From positions 72,848 to 136,847 of the forward strand of contig CAYJQY010000001.1 in NCBI GenBank assembly GCA_964372905.1: a stretch of DNA of 64,000 nucleotides, given 5' to 3'. Positions 28,244 to 37,219 of this stretch are shown one piece after another (the stretch's first letter is position 1; each line of letters begins with the position of its first letter). Source of the DNA: an uncultured Candidatus Saccharibacteria bacterium. GTDB lineage: Bacteria; Patescibacteriota; Doudnabacteria; UBA920. Below the pieces are notes generated by a model. The model made no database searches, had not been told where the DNA came from, and saw nothing but the letters and a program-made list of their open reading frames with translations. The translations under genes and the position numbers were made by a program.

Positions 28244-28990
28244 TTAGATTAAAATCCTCCAGGGGGTTACCACTACAATAACAAAAATGAACACGGCGGC
28301 CAAAATGAGATGAAATTGCACCCGCTTGGGAGTTATGTGATTAAACACGGAATAATAGTACAGAGCCCAGCACAAATAGAACAAATTAAAAAGGATCACG
28401 GCCAGCGCCGAATAATGCAGGGGCAAGAAATTAAGCGCCCAAAATAATTCGGTCGAAAACAGCGCAATGGTAAGCGAACTGCTCCATCTGTTCCGCGGGG
28501 TTAAAGGCGTGAACTCGTAAGACGCCCGACTAAGCAAAGTGGTAAACGCAAAAACCGCAACCGTATACCACAATCCGAACCTGGGAAAATATTGCACCAC
28601 GGCCGCAGCGCTCATAAAAAAACAGAAGGCAGTCAGTAGAACTTCATTAAACAGCAGCTGCTGACCCACGCTGCTGGTCGTAGCTTCAATAAAATAGACC
28701 AGGGGCAGGCCAACCAAAAGAAATAAACCGCGCAGCCAATCAGCGGGTATGATAAAAAACACGCCAAACCAACTGACCAAAAACAGCAACGGGCGCAGCC
28801 ACAGCCACCAATTGAATTTTTGTTCGGACCGAAGATACACCCAGTTATATAAAGCAAATACGGCCAGCAAACCCACAAAGGCGGGAATTAAATAGCGAAA
28901 GATAGGCTGGGGCGTGGCAAAAATCTGCACCACCACCAAAAACGCGATGCTTAGTATGGCGCTAATTATGCGATGGTACTTGCCGATCAT
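28244..28990 (-). CDS. hypothetical polytopic membrane protein
   Basis: About 7 predicted TM helices. Sits in an operon with lgt. No family recognised. Confidence 0.5.
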   Translation of the reverse strand: MIGKYHRIISAILSIAFLVVVQIFATPQPIFRYLIPAFVGLLAVFALYNWVYLRSEQKFNWWLWLRPLLFLVSWFGVFFIIPADWLRGLFLLVGLPLVYFIEATTSSVGQQLLFNEVLLTAFCFFMSAAAVVQYFPRFGLWYTVAVFAFTTLLSRASYEFTPLTPRNRWSSSLTIALFSTELFWALNFLPLHYSALAVILFNLFYLCWALYYYSVFNHITPKRVQFHLILAAVFIFVIVVVTPWRILI

Positions 28991-29936
28991 GTTTGATAAA
29001 AATTAGGGAAAGATAGATAAGCGCGCCGACAGCTAAGGCCAAGCTGACTAAGGCGTTGATTCTTAACCCGTCCGCCATGACGCTGTCGATGCGTAAAAAC
29101 TCCAGCAAAAACCGAACTATATTATACAAAAAAACGTAGCCAAAGAAAAGGGCGCCGGGCGGGCTCGGGGTCCTGTCCCGGTTCGTCCCCATTGGGTGCT
29201 CGGCTACTGCCTGCGCGCCCAATGGAGGACCCCCGAACCGTGCCACCCCTCGCCGATAAAGCTTTAACAAGCCCACTAAAATAATCAGGTTGGCCAAAGC
29301 TTCGTACAAAAATAAGGGATGAAAATTAGCCGAGCTTAAAAATTCTTCGGGTCGGAATCGCAGGGGTACGAACATCTTCCAGGGCAAGCCAGTGGGGTAG
29401 CCGAATAATTCGTAATTAAAAAAATTGCCGAATCGGCCAATGATCTGACCGATTAATATGCTGGGTGTAAGCCAGTCCAAATAATTTAAGATGCGCTGGA
29501 CCCGCTGGCTTGCCGACGTGTGGCGGTAAACATGCCAAACTACCGCGACCGCGCCGCCAATAACCGCGCCGTAAACGCTCAAGCCGCCGCGCCAAACCTG
29601 CAGAATCAACCCGGGGTTATGCAAGTAAAACGGCAAATCCGATAAAACATGATAGAAACGCGCGCCAATAAAGCCGGCTATAACTGCCAAGAAAACTATT
29701 GAGTCAACTTCTTTGGGTTCTATGCCATAACGCGACGCGCGACGCTGGGCCAAAAAATATCCCACTGCCACGGCCCCGGCCATGAACAGGCCATAGTAAC
29801 GAATTTGCACCGGCCCCAGGGCAAAAAACTGCGGCAACTGAATCTGTCCTATAAAAACGAAATGCAAAAACATCACCAGAAGTAATGCTCCGGCGATGGA
29901 AAATCCCCATATCAAGAAAAATTTTTGCTTTGTCAT
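28962..29936 (-). CDS. lgt: prolipoprotein diacylglyceryl transferase
   Basis: Lgt signature region (AGFIGARFYHV, GRFGNFFN) in a multi-TM topology. 324 aa with a C-terminal extension. Confidence 0.85.
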   Translation of the reverse strand: MTKQKFFLIWGFSIAGALLLVMFLHFVFIGQIQLPQFFALGPVQIRYYGLFMAGAVAVGYFLAQRRASRYGIEPKEVDSIVFLAVIAGFIGARFYHVLSDLPFYLHNPGLILQVWRGGLSVYGAVIGGAVAVVWHVYRHTSASQRVQRILNYLDWLTPSILIGQIIGRFGNFFNYELFGYPTGLPWKMFVPLRFRPEEFLSSANFHPLFLYEALANLIILVGLLKLYRRGVARFGGPPLGAQAVAEHPMGTNRDRTPSPPGALFFGYVFLYNIVRFLLEFLRIDSVMADGLRINALVSLALAVGALIYLSLIFIKHDRQVPSHN

Positions 29937-29938
29937 AT

Positions 29939-30547
29939 CTAAAACAGCGCGGTCTGCTGCTGCACGCCCGCGCGCGCCAACGGCTCGCTGATCCGCAGAG
30001 GAATTTCTTTCATGGTAAAAAAGTCGCGATACAATAACTTGCCGTTGCCCAAAGCGTACTCATAAATTTGCCGCGTTATTTTCACATCGTCCAAACAGTA
30101 TTTTTTCAGCTCGTCCAGGCGGCCCGCGCGGAACAATGCAATAGCCTGCCGCCCGTCGCCCGATTTGCCGTAGCCCAGAGTAGCCTGGGCCAGCGCATCC
30201 AAAGAAAGCCTGTGCCCCAGAACTTTTTCCACTTCCTGCATAATATCCAAATGCGGCACTTCGGATAAATCAAAATTCAAATACGGCTGGAGCACCGGCA
30301 CATCAAACAGCCTGCTGTTGAAGCCAATAAGCTGATCAGCCGCCTGGAGCAACGGCCCCAGCTTGCCCAGCTCGCGCTCCTCAAAAATTAAATATTTGTC
30401 TTGGGCATAATCATAAATGCCGCACACGGAAACCTTAAGGAGATGGTTGCGGCCGCGGCCGCCAACCTCGCTGAACTCTTTCTGGGTTTCCACATCAAAC
30501 ACGATTTTTTTGGGCATGAAAAAAACTATTAAATCCGCAGTTGTCAT
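29939..30547 (-). CDS. DEDD-family 3'-5' exonuclease
   Basis: Exo motifs I (IVFDVET), II (GFNSRLFDVPVL) and III (Y...D: CLDDVKITRQIY). Start could be M1 (30547) or M11 (30517). Confidence 0.65.
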   Translation of the reverse strand: MTTADLIVFFMPKKIVFDVETQKEFSEVGGRGRNHLLKVSVCGIYDYAQDKYLIFEERELGKLGPLLQAADQLIGFNSRLFDVPVLQPYLNFDLSEVPHLDIMQEVEKVLGHRLSLDALAQATLGYGKSGDGRQAIALFRAGRLDELKKYCLDDVKITRQIYEYALGNGKLLYRDFFTMKEIPLRISEPLARAGVQQQTALF

Positions 30548-30647
30548 TATACTACAATTCCTAAATCTCTGTCCCCCCTGGATTTATCGGCCAAAACATG
30601 TTAATTTATTAATATATAAGAGCTTTTAACATTAAAACCCGAAATAT

Positions 30648-30887
30648 ATGGGAGAAGATTCCGAGAAAAGACTGTATGTTGGAGAAGGTGAAGCGCCCTC
30701 AATAATAACGGACACCAAATCCGGCGTGCCGAGAAAAGACAAAGACCGCGGTACCGAAGAAGCTAGAAGGGCGGAGCAAGCGGCTGACCAAGCGTCTGAT
30801 GCGGCTAAAAAAGCCCAGCAGGAAGCTAGGGAGAAAAGAGAAGGCAAACCTTCGGGAAAGGCCCGTCATAGCCCAGCTGGTGGTTAA
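30648..30887 (+). CDS. hypothetical low-complexity charged protein (doubtful)
   Basis: 79-aa K/E/A/R-rich ORF with no SD. Possibly non-coding. Confidence 0.2.
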   Translation: MGEDSEKRLYVGEGEAPSIITDTKSGVPRKDKDRGTEEARRAEQAADQASDAAKKAQQEAREKREGKPSGKARHSPAGG

Positions 30888-31066
30888 ATGGGGACATTCA
30901 AAGGAAAAACAGATGGAGACCCACGACGCCTATCGATTCTTGACGGCCTGGAAATAGGCACGGATCTTGTTAGTGATGTATTGTATTAGACGATGAAACC
31001 GGGCTGGGCGACAATACCAAAGCGCAGCCAGTCGAAGAAGAACAGTCCGAATAATTATTTCATATC

Positions 31067-32848
31067 ATGGAACGAGAGCTTGCCGTAAGAACTCCTGAAA
31101 ACATCGGCCAGACCGTAACCGTAAAGGGCTGGGCCGCCTCTACCCGCGACCACGGCGGGCTGATTTTTATTGATCTGCGCGACCACACCGGCCTTGTCCA
31201 ACTCGCCGTGCATCCGCAAAATGCCGCCGCGTTTAAAATCGCCGAAGGCGTTCACGATGAGTTCGTTTTGGCGGCCACGGGCACAGTGGTGGAACGCGCG
31301 CCGGAACTGGTCAACCAAAACCTTGCCACTGGACATATCGAAATAAAAGTCAACGAGCTCCACATCCTGAACCCGGCCAAACCGCTCCCCTTCCCCGTTA
31401 TGCATCAGCCGGATGAAATCAGCGAAGAGCTGCGCCTGAAATACCGCTTCCTGGATTTGCGCCGCGACAAAATGCAAAATATGCTGGTCAAGCGGCACAA
31501 AATGATTAAGCTGATCCGCGACTACATGGACGAGCGCGGCTTTATTGAAATCACCACGCCCATTCTCACCAGTTCCTCGCCCGAAGGCGCGCGCGATTTT
31601 CTTGTGCCCTCGCGCCTGCATCCCGGCGAATTTTACGCTCTGCCCCAAGCCCCGCAAATGTTCAAACAGCTGCTCATGGTCGGCGGCGTGCCAAAGTATT
31701 TCCAAATCGCCCCATGTTTTAGAGATGAAGACCCGCGCGCCGACCGCTCCCCAGGCGAATTTTATCAGCTGGACTTGGAAATTGCTTTTGCCGATAATCC
31801 CGAAATGGTGTTCCAAGAACTTGAGCCGCTGTTTATAAAATTAACCGAAGATTTTGCCGGCAAAAAAATCTGGCAAAAACCTATTCCGCGCATTCCCTTT
31901 CGCGAGGCCATGGATAAATACGGTAGCGATAAGCCGGATTTGCGCTTCGGCATGGAACTGGTAGATTTAACGGAAGAGTTGCGCGACACAAAATTTACTG
32001 TGTTCAGCGGCGCCATTAAAGCCGGCGGCGTGGTCAAGGCCATTTGCCTGCAAGGCGGCGCCAAACTCACCCGCAGCCAGATTGATGAATTAACCGAGAT
32101 GGTAAAAAAAGACGGCGCCGGCGGCCTGGCCTACATCACACTAGCCGAAGACAGCCTCAAGTCCCCCATCTTAAAATTTCTATCCGATACCGAAGCCATG
32201 GCCATCACCACAAAAATGAAAGCCGAAACCGGGGATATAATTTTCTTCGGCGCGGACCGGCGCGAGCAAGTAAACAAAGTGCTCGGCAAACTCCGCGACC
32301 GCCTCGGTAGCGACTTCGGCCTCAAAGACCCCGGCGTAATAGCCTGGGCCTGGATCACGGATTTTCCCATGTACGAATACAACGAGCGCGAAAAGAAACT
32401 TGACTTCATGCACAATCCCTTCTGTATGCCGCAGGGCGGGCTAGAGGCGCTGGAAACCCAGGATCCGCTGAACATTCTTTCTCATCAGTACGATATTGTG
32501 GCCAACGGCTTGGAATTGTCCTCCGGCGCCATCCGCAACAACCGGCCGGACATCATGTACAAAGCCTTTGAAATTGTAGGGATTGATAAAAAAACCGTGG
32601 ATGACAAATTCGGCGCGATGATCCGCGCGTTTGAATTCGGCGCGCCGCCGCATGGCGGCTTTGCGCCTGGAATTGACCGCATTCTGATGATGCTGGAAAA
32701 CGAGCCCAACATCCGCGAAGTCATTGCTTTCCCCAAAAACGGCTCGGCCCAGGATTTGATGATGAACGCGCCGGGCGCGGTGGATGAGAAGCAACTCAAG
32801 GAATTGCATATTAAGTTGGATTTGCCGAAGAAGAATAAATTAAAATAA
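31067..32848 (+). CDS. aspS: aspartyl-tRNA synthetase (bacterial type with insertion domain)
   Basis: OB-fold anticodon-binding N-terminus, class II motifs 1-3 (FRDE, GGAPPHGGFAPGIDR). 593 aa. Confidence 0.93.
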   Translation: MERELAVRTPENIGQTVTVKGWAASTRDHGGLIFIDLRDHTGLVQLAVHPQNAAAFKIAEGVHDEFVLAATGTVVERAPELVNQNLATGHIEIKVNELHILNPAKPLPFPVMHQPDEISEELRLKYRFLDLRRDKMQNMLVKRHKMIKLIRDYMDERGFIEITTPILTSSSPEGARDFLVPSRLHPGEFYALPQAPQMFKQLLMVGGVPKYFQIAPCFRDEDPRADRSPGEFYQLDLEIAFADNPEMVFQELEPLFIKLTEDFAGKKIWQKPIPRIPFREAMDKYGSDKPDLRFGMELVDLTEELRDTKFTVFSGAIKAGGVVKAICLQGGAKLTRSQIDELTEMVKKDGAGGLAYITLAEDSLKSPILKFLSDTEAMAITTKMKAETGDIIFFGADRREQVNKVLGKLRDRLGSDFGLKDPGVIAWAWITDFPMYEYNEREKKLDFMHNPFCMPQGGLEALETQDPLNILSHQYDIVANGLELSSGAIRNNRPDIMYKAFEIVGIDKKTVDDKFGAMIRAFEFGAPPHGGFAPGIDRILMMLENEPNIREVIAFPKNGSAQDLMMNAPGAVDEKQLKELHIKLDLPKKNKLK

Positions 32849-32932
32849 AAACACCTTATCATCATATTAAACTGGATTTGCTGAAGCTGAAGAAGAAAAG
32901 TAAACAAATAATGTAAATTAACCTTCTAAGCT

Positions 32933-33478
32933 ATGAAAAAAGGAGAAGCTGACAAAAGAGCTCCAACTGGCGGAGATCCTGACTCAAGACTGCCATCAAA
33001 AAGAGAATTAGTCGAGGCCGGATTTAATGTAGATACTGTTAGCGAATTTGATGAAACAAGGGAAGTTGTAATTAGGCCGGTTGAGCTTGAGCAATTAGCT
33101 ACGAACATAGCCGAGACGCGCTTAAAAGAAGACTATATGACCAAGGGTCGGGTGCAAGCTGAACTGGAGTGGGCCAAGTCTATGCTGCCTCTGATCACCC
33201 CTATGGTGAGAAACAATAAAAAGAACCGGGGCACTATTATTCATTTAAAAGCGACGATGGCTGAATTCCAAGGGAATGATGAATGGTATGAACGAGAGTT
33301 TAAAACTCCTGCTACAGCTAAAGTAGCCATTATCGAAGGACTTATCGAACAGACTTACGATGAAATCAGTAAAAAACCAGACTTAACCCTAACTGAATTT
33401 CTTGACGCAGTAGAATGGAAAATACGGGCATTTGCTTCGAAATTCCAACATGGTATAGGATATAGCAGTTTTTTATAA
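32933..33478 (+). CDS. hypothetical protein
   Basis: 181-aa soluble, charged ORF with no recognisable motif. Confidence 0.45.
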   Translation: MKKGEADKRAPTGGDPDSRLPSKRELVEAGFNVDTVSEFDETREVVIRPVELEQLATNIAETRLKEDYMTKGRVQAELEWAKSMLPLITPMVRNNKKNRGTIIHLKATMAEFQGNDEWYEREFKTPATAKVAIIEGLIEQTYDEISKKPDLTLTEFLDAVEWKIRAFASKFQHGIGYSSFL

Positions 33479-33484
33479 ATTTTT

Positions 33485-34102
33485 ATGGACAACAACCTAA
33501 AAAAACTTCTTGAAGCAAATAAAAGCAACTACAAACTTCTGACGCACCGCAAAGTCTATACGGCTTTTAACGCGGCGGAAACGCAGCATATGGACAACCG
33601 GCAAATTGTTAAAGTTGTGCTGGCCAAACTTTCCAAACCGAGCGCGCATTTGATCAAAGCGGGCGGCCCGGCCGAGCTAAACTTTATTTTCGTGGCCGTA
33701 CCGGCCGGCCGGCGCGTGGACTTAAAAAAAGTGGCCAAAGCCATCAATGACCATCAATCAAAAAGTTATAAACAATTGATAAAATCGGCAGCTAATACTA
33801 AAAAGGTTCAAAATGATGCAGGGGCGGGAAATAAACTCAAAGCAAGAATAAAAATAAAGAAACCATTAAAAATTACGGCCAAACTGGCCAGCGAAAAAGA
33901 CATAGAAAAACATCTCAAAACCAAAGTCGGTTTACTCCACCCCTTCAGCCATTTGTTCGGCCTACCCATTTTAGTAGATAACAAGCTGGCAAAAAACAAA
34001 AAACTCATTGTCTCGGCCGGAAGCTACACGGAAAGCCTGGAAATCTCATCAAAAGACTTCCTCAAGCAAATGCAGGGGCAATTAGGCAATTTTACCGAGT
34101 AA
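33485..34102 (+). CDS. YbaK/ProX-like aminoacyl-tRNA deacylase domain protein with Lys-rich insertion
   Basis: Spacing of conserved segments (..KVVLAKL..FIFVAVPAGRRVDLKKVAKAI .. insertion .. GLLHPFS...LIVSAGS) resembles YbaK/Pro-tRNA editing domains. Confidence 0.5.
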   Translation: MDNNLKKLLEANKSNYKLLTHRKVYTAFNAAETQHMDNRQIVKVVLAKLSKPSAHLIKAGGPAELNFIFVAVPAGRRVDLKKVAKAINDHQSKSYKQLIKSAANTKKVQNDAGAGNKLKARIKIKKPLKITAKLASEKDIEKHLKTKVGLLHPFSHLFGLPILVDNKLAKNKKLIVSAGSYTESLEISSKDFLKQMQGQLGNFTE

Positions 34103-34842
34103 TGCAATCCGTAAAACTCCAACAATTTGAAGGGCCTCTGGACTTGCTCCTCTCGCTCATTGAAGAACAAAAATTAGATATCACCCAAATCGCCCTGGCC
34201 CAGGTCACGGAACAGTTTTTACAGTACATTAAACAGCTCAAGGAACTTGACCCCACCACCCTGGCTGACTTTCTCGCCATTGCCGCGCGCCTGCTGGTCA
34301 TCAAGTCGCGCGCCATTTTGCCGACTCTGGAAACAGAAAGCGAGGAAGATGAAACCGGGCAGGATTTGGCCGCGCGCCTCCTGCTCTACAGGCAATTCCG
34401 CGAAGCCGCGCGCTATCTCAAGCGGCTCGATAACCGGCGCAAGCAAAGTTTTACCCGTGCCCTCCAGTTTGAACAGCGCATCAATTTTTATCCCGATTCG
34501 GAAACCACGGCCAAAGAAATCCACGACGCGATTTTAACCGTCCTGGCCGAATTGAAAAAGCTCGACAGTCTACCCAAAGCCAAAATCCGCGAAGCTATTT
34601 CCATCCAGGAAAAAATCGACCAGCTCCAGCTCCATTTAAGCCAGCAAATCGAAACGAAATTAAGCACCCTGCTGGAATCGGCCAAAAACAAATCCGAGGT
34701 CATTATTACTTTTCTCGCCCTGTTAGAATTAATCAAACAAAAAATCTTAACTGTTGATCAGGAAACGCTATTCACTGACATAACTATCAGAAAGTTTGAG
34801 CCAGCCGCGCAAGCTGCCAGCGAAACCAATACCAATGACTAA
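34102..34842 (+). CDS. scpA: segregation and condensation protein A
   Basis: QFEGPLDLLLSLIEEQKLDITQIALAQVTEQFLQYI matches the ScpA (kleisin) N-terminus. 246 aa. Confidence 0.88.
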   Translation: MQSVKLQQFEGPLDLLLSLIEEQKLDITQIALAQVTEQFLQYIKQLKELDPTTLADFLAIAARLLVIKSRAILPTLETESEEDETGQDLAARLLLYRQFREAARYLKRLDNRRKQSFTRALQFEQRINFYPDSETTAKEIHDAILTVLAELKKLDSLPKAKIREAISIQEKIDQLQLHLSQQIETKLSTLLESAKNKSEVIITFLALLELIKQKILTVDQETLFTDITIRKFEPAAQAASETNTND

Positions 34843-35080
34843 GACTACTTTTGGTGTCCTCTTTATTGTCGCCGGTGCAAGCTACGGTTCGATGGCTATA
34901 GACAAGGTCAATGAACTTACGCTGGGAAGTCTCCTGAAATACAATTTCATCAAACCGCCTTCGCAAAAAGCAGTAAAAGAAATTACCAAAAGCAAACTCG
35001 GCCGCAAAGGCACCATTTTGGCCTATGCCGCGGGCTTGATTGCCATCGGAATCTATCTCATAATCTCTCCTGAAACGTAA
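34835..35080 (+). CDS. hypothetical small two-TM membrane protein
   Basis: ATG at 34835 overlaps the scpA stop. Two hydrophobic helices. Lies between scpA and scpB. Confidence 0.4.
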   Translation: MTKTTFGVLFIVAGASYGSMAIDKVNELTLGSLLKYNFIKPPSQKAVKEITKSKLGRKGTILAYAAGLIAIGIYLIISPET

Positions 35081-35113
35081 CGTTCTAATATCTCCTCCTG
35101 AAGCGCAACATTT

Positions 35114-35677
35114 ATGCCCAATCTCAAAAGCCAGCTGGAAAGTATCTTGTTTGTGGCGAGCAAGCCGCTCGATGCCAAAAATCTCGCCCGGATCGTGGAC
35201 AAGCCGGAAGAAGAAGTGCGAGCCGCTCTGAATGAATTGGTCAGCGAGCATCGCGAAACCGGCATTATTCTTTTGACGGCCAGCGGGCACTATCAGCTCT
35301 CCACCCACAGCGAAAATTCAACCACAGTTAAAAACTATTTAAACGACGATTTGCGCGAAAAGCTCACCGACGCCACGGTGGAGGTTTTGGCTATTATCGC
35401 CTATCGCCAGCCAATTTCCAAAGCCGAAGTTGAAGCCATTCGCGGCGTCAATTCGCAATACAGTCTGCGGCACTTGTTGATGCGCGGGCTGGTGGAAAAA
35501 ATTCCCAATCCCAATGACGCGCGCAGCAATCTCTACCGCGTGACCACGGAATTTCTCCAGCACCTCGGGCTGGCCAGCATAAATGATTTGCCTGAATTCG
35601 AACAGCTGGTGAGCCAAATTAAGCTCCCGGAAACGCCGCAGCTGGACGATGGACTGGCCGAAAATCCGCAAAACTGA
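35114..35677 (+). CDS. scpB: segregation and condensation protein B
   Basis: LESILFVASKPLDAKNLARIV winged-helix ScpB signature. 187 aa. Confidence 0.88.
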   Translation: MPNLKSQLESILFVASKPLDAKNLARIVDKPEEEVRAALNELVSEHRETGIILLTASGHYQLSTHSENSTTVKNYLNDDLREKLTDATVEVLAIIAYRQPISKAEVEAIRGVNSQYSLRHLLMRGLVEKIPNPNDARSNLYRVTTEFLQHLGLASINDLPEFEQLVSQIKLPETPQLDDGLAENPQN

Positions 35678-35709
35678 TAAAATTAGCTCCGTTTAATGTA
35701 CTTACCCGT

Positions 35710-35784
35710 GGCCCATTCGTCTAGTGGCTAGGACGACTGGTTCTCAGCCAGTAAACAGGGGTTCGATTCCCCTATGGGCTACCA
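35710..35784 (+). tRNA. tRNA-Glu(CUC)
   Basis: Cloverleaf: acceptor GGCCCAT/ATGGGCT (G1-U72), anticodon stem ACTGG/CCAGT, loop uuCUCag, T-arm AGGGG-TTCGATT-CCCCT, encoded CCA. Confidence 0.8.
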
Positions 35785-35943
35785 AAGTTTCCTCTTCACC
35801 CGAATTGGTAACAATCAACTTCCGTTTCTTGACGATAAGCCAACTTTACAGCTTCCTCTAAAATTTCTAAATCTGCTCTATCGAAGTTAGCTGCTTCAAG
35901 AAACTGATATTTTCTTTTGCATAAAGTTAAGAGATTAATGTTA

Positions 35944-36612
35944 TTATTTAATCCCGACAGTAACTGCGGCGCCGGGAAAATACTTTGCCACTATTTTTAC
36001 CTCAGTAAAACCAGCTTGTTGTAAGTATACAGGAATAAGTCCTTCCAGATTGCCCTTTAGGTATTCCGCATTTTCAAAGAGGTGCAATAACTTTGGCATC
36101 CAGCTAGTTTTAGTAGGTCCGAAGTCTGCAATGAGCACTTTTCCGCCCGGTTTTAAGATCCGGTATGTTTCTTGAATGGCTTTTCTTTTTATCTCATCCG
36201 GCAAATGATGAAACACAAGCGAGCTGACGGCTCTGTCCGCAGAATTATCCGGTAACGGCACGCTTTCCGCAAATGCCTGAATTAATTCCACTTCAAACTT
36301 GTTTTTTGCAAAACGGTTTCTGGCAATGCCAAGCGCTCGCGTGTCTGGGTCAATACCGATAAAGCGAGTGCGAGGATACTGTTGCTTGCCGAGCGCCAGC
36401 AGCACTCCAGTGCCGCATCCGACATCCACCACTGTATCACCGTCCCGAATTTCTGCCGCGGTTAAGACTTTCCGCAAAAAGCGCTTGCCAAGTCCGATCA
36501 GCCCACTTACAGTATCGTAAATTGGAGTTAAAAAATCCTTGTTCAGCGGGGGTATATATTTGTAATTGGGTTGGTAAGCCATAGTAGTTAAAACTTTTGT
36601 GGTTTCGTCCAA
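35944..36612 (-). CDS. class I SAM-dependent methyltransferase
   Basis: Motif I VVDVGCGTGV and post-I acidic residue. 222 aa. Confidence 0.75.
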   Translation of the reverse strand: MDETTKVLTTMAYQPNYKYIPPLNKDFLTPIYDTVSGLIGLGKRFLRKVLTAAEIRDGDTVVDVGCGTGVLLALGKQQYPRTRFIGIDPDTRALGIARNRFAKNKFEVELIQAFAESVPLPDNSADRAVSSLVFHHLPDEIKRKAIQETYRILKPGGKVLIADFGPTKTSWMPKLLHLFENAEYLKGNLEGLIPVYLQQAGFTEVKIVAKYFPGAAVTVGIK

Positions 36613-36677
36613 TTTTTAATTAATTCTTTCCAGAATAAAAATCCAATTACATAAAGTAAGTCTTTTGGTAATCATGG

Positions 36678-36762
36678 CTACACTTTTAATTTTGCCTCCA
36701 CGCGCTTTAATAATACCGCATTATTCATCGCCGCAATAATGGAAGATGCAAACACGAGCAGA
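36678..36762 (-). pseudogene. remnant of a P1B-type ATPase (CopA-like) 3' end
   Basis: Minus-strand frame translates to ..SSIIAAMNNAVLLKRVEAKLKV*, paralleling the copA C-terminus SSIIVATNAVLLKRVEKYLKN*. A 25-bp exact repeat (ccacgcgctttaataataccgcatt) occurs at 36698-36722 and 37240-37264. Confidence 0.6.
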
Positions 36763-36764
36763 CA

Positions 36765-37190
36765 TTAACACTTGCATTCCCATAGGTTGTTAAACCACCT
36801 GATCACATACCGCCAGATGAAAAAGTACAGCACAGGCAGCCATAACCAGGCAATGTTGTGATAGAAATAATCAAATTTTTGTCCGTCCACAAAGATTCCA
36901 ACGACTGCTTGAGTTGCTTCCGCATGAATCCGGTGGCCAGCCGGATAAAGAATTGGCGACAAGCCAAAAATTAAGCCCAATGCCGCTCCCCAAAGGTCAA
37001 TACGAAATTTGGGAATCCGGTTTTGAATTACAAAATACATAACATTCCATAGTGCATATATAAAGGGAGCAAGTGTAAATTCCCACACAAGCAGACCGTA
37101 ATTTTTGGTTACTTGACCATAGAACACGAGCAAAGCCACGATTGCTCCTGGGAAAATAAATCCTGAAATAAAAGCTTTAAAATATTTCAT
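36765..37190 (-). CDS. hypothetical 4-TM membrane protein flanked by copA 3'-end repeats
   Basis: 141-aa hydrophobic ORF lying between the copA remnant and the intact copA. Confidence 0.5.
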   Translation of the reverse strand: MKYFKAFISGFIFPGAIVALLVFYGQVTKNYGLLVWEFTLAPFIYALWNVMYFVIQNRIPKFRIDLWGAALGLIFGLSPILYPAGHRIHAEATQAVVGIFVDGQKFDYFYHNIAWLWLPVLYFFIWRYVIRWFNNLWECKC

Positions 37191-37219
37191 TAGTTTCTGT
37201 TCACTAATTATTAGACAAC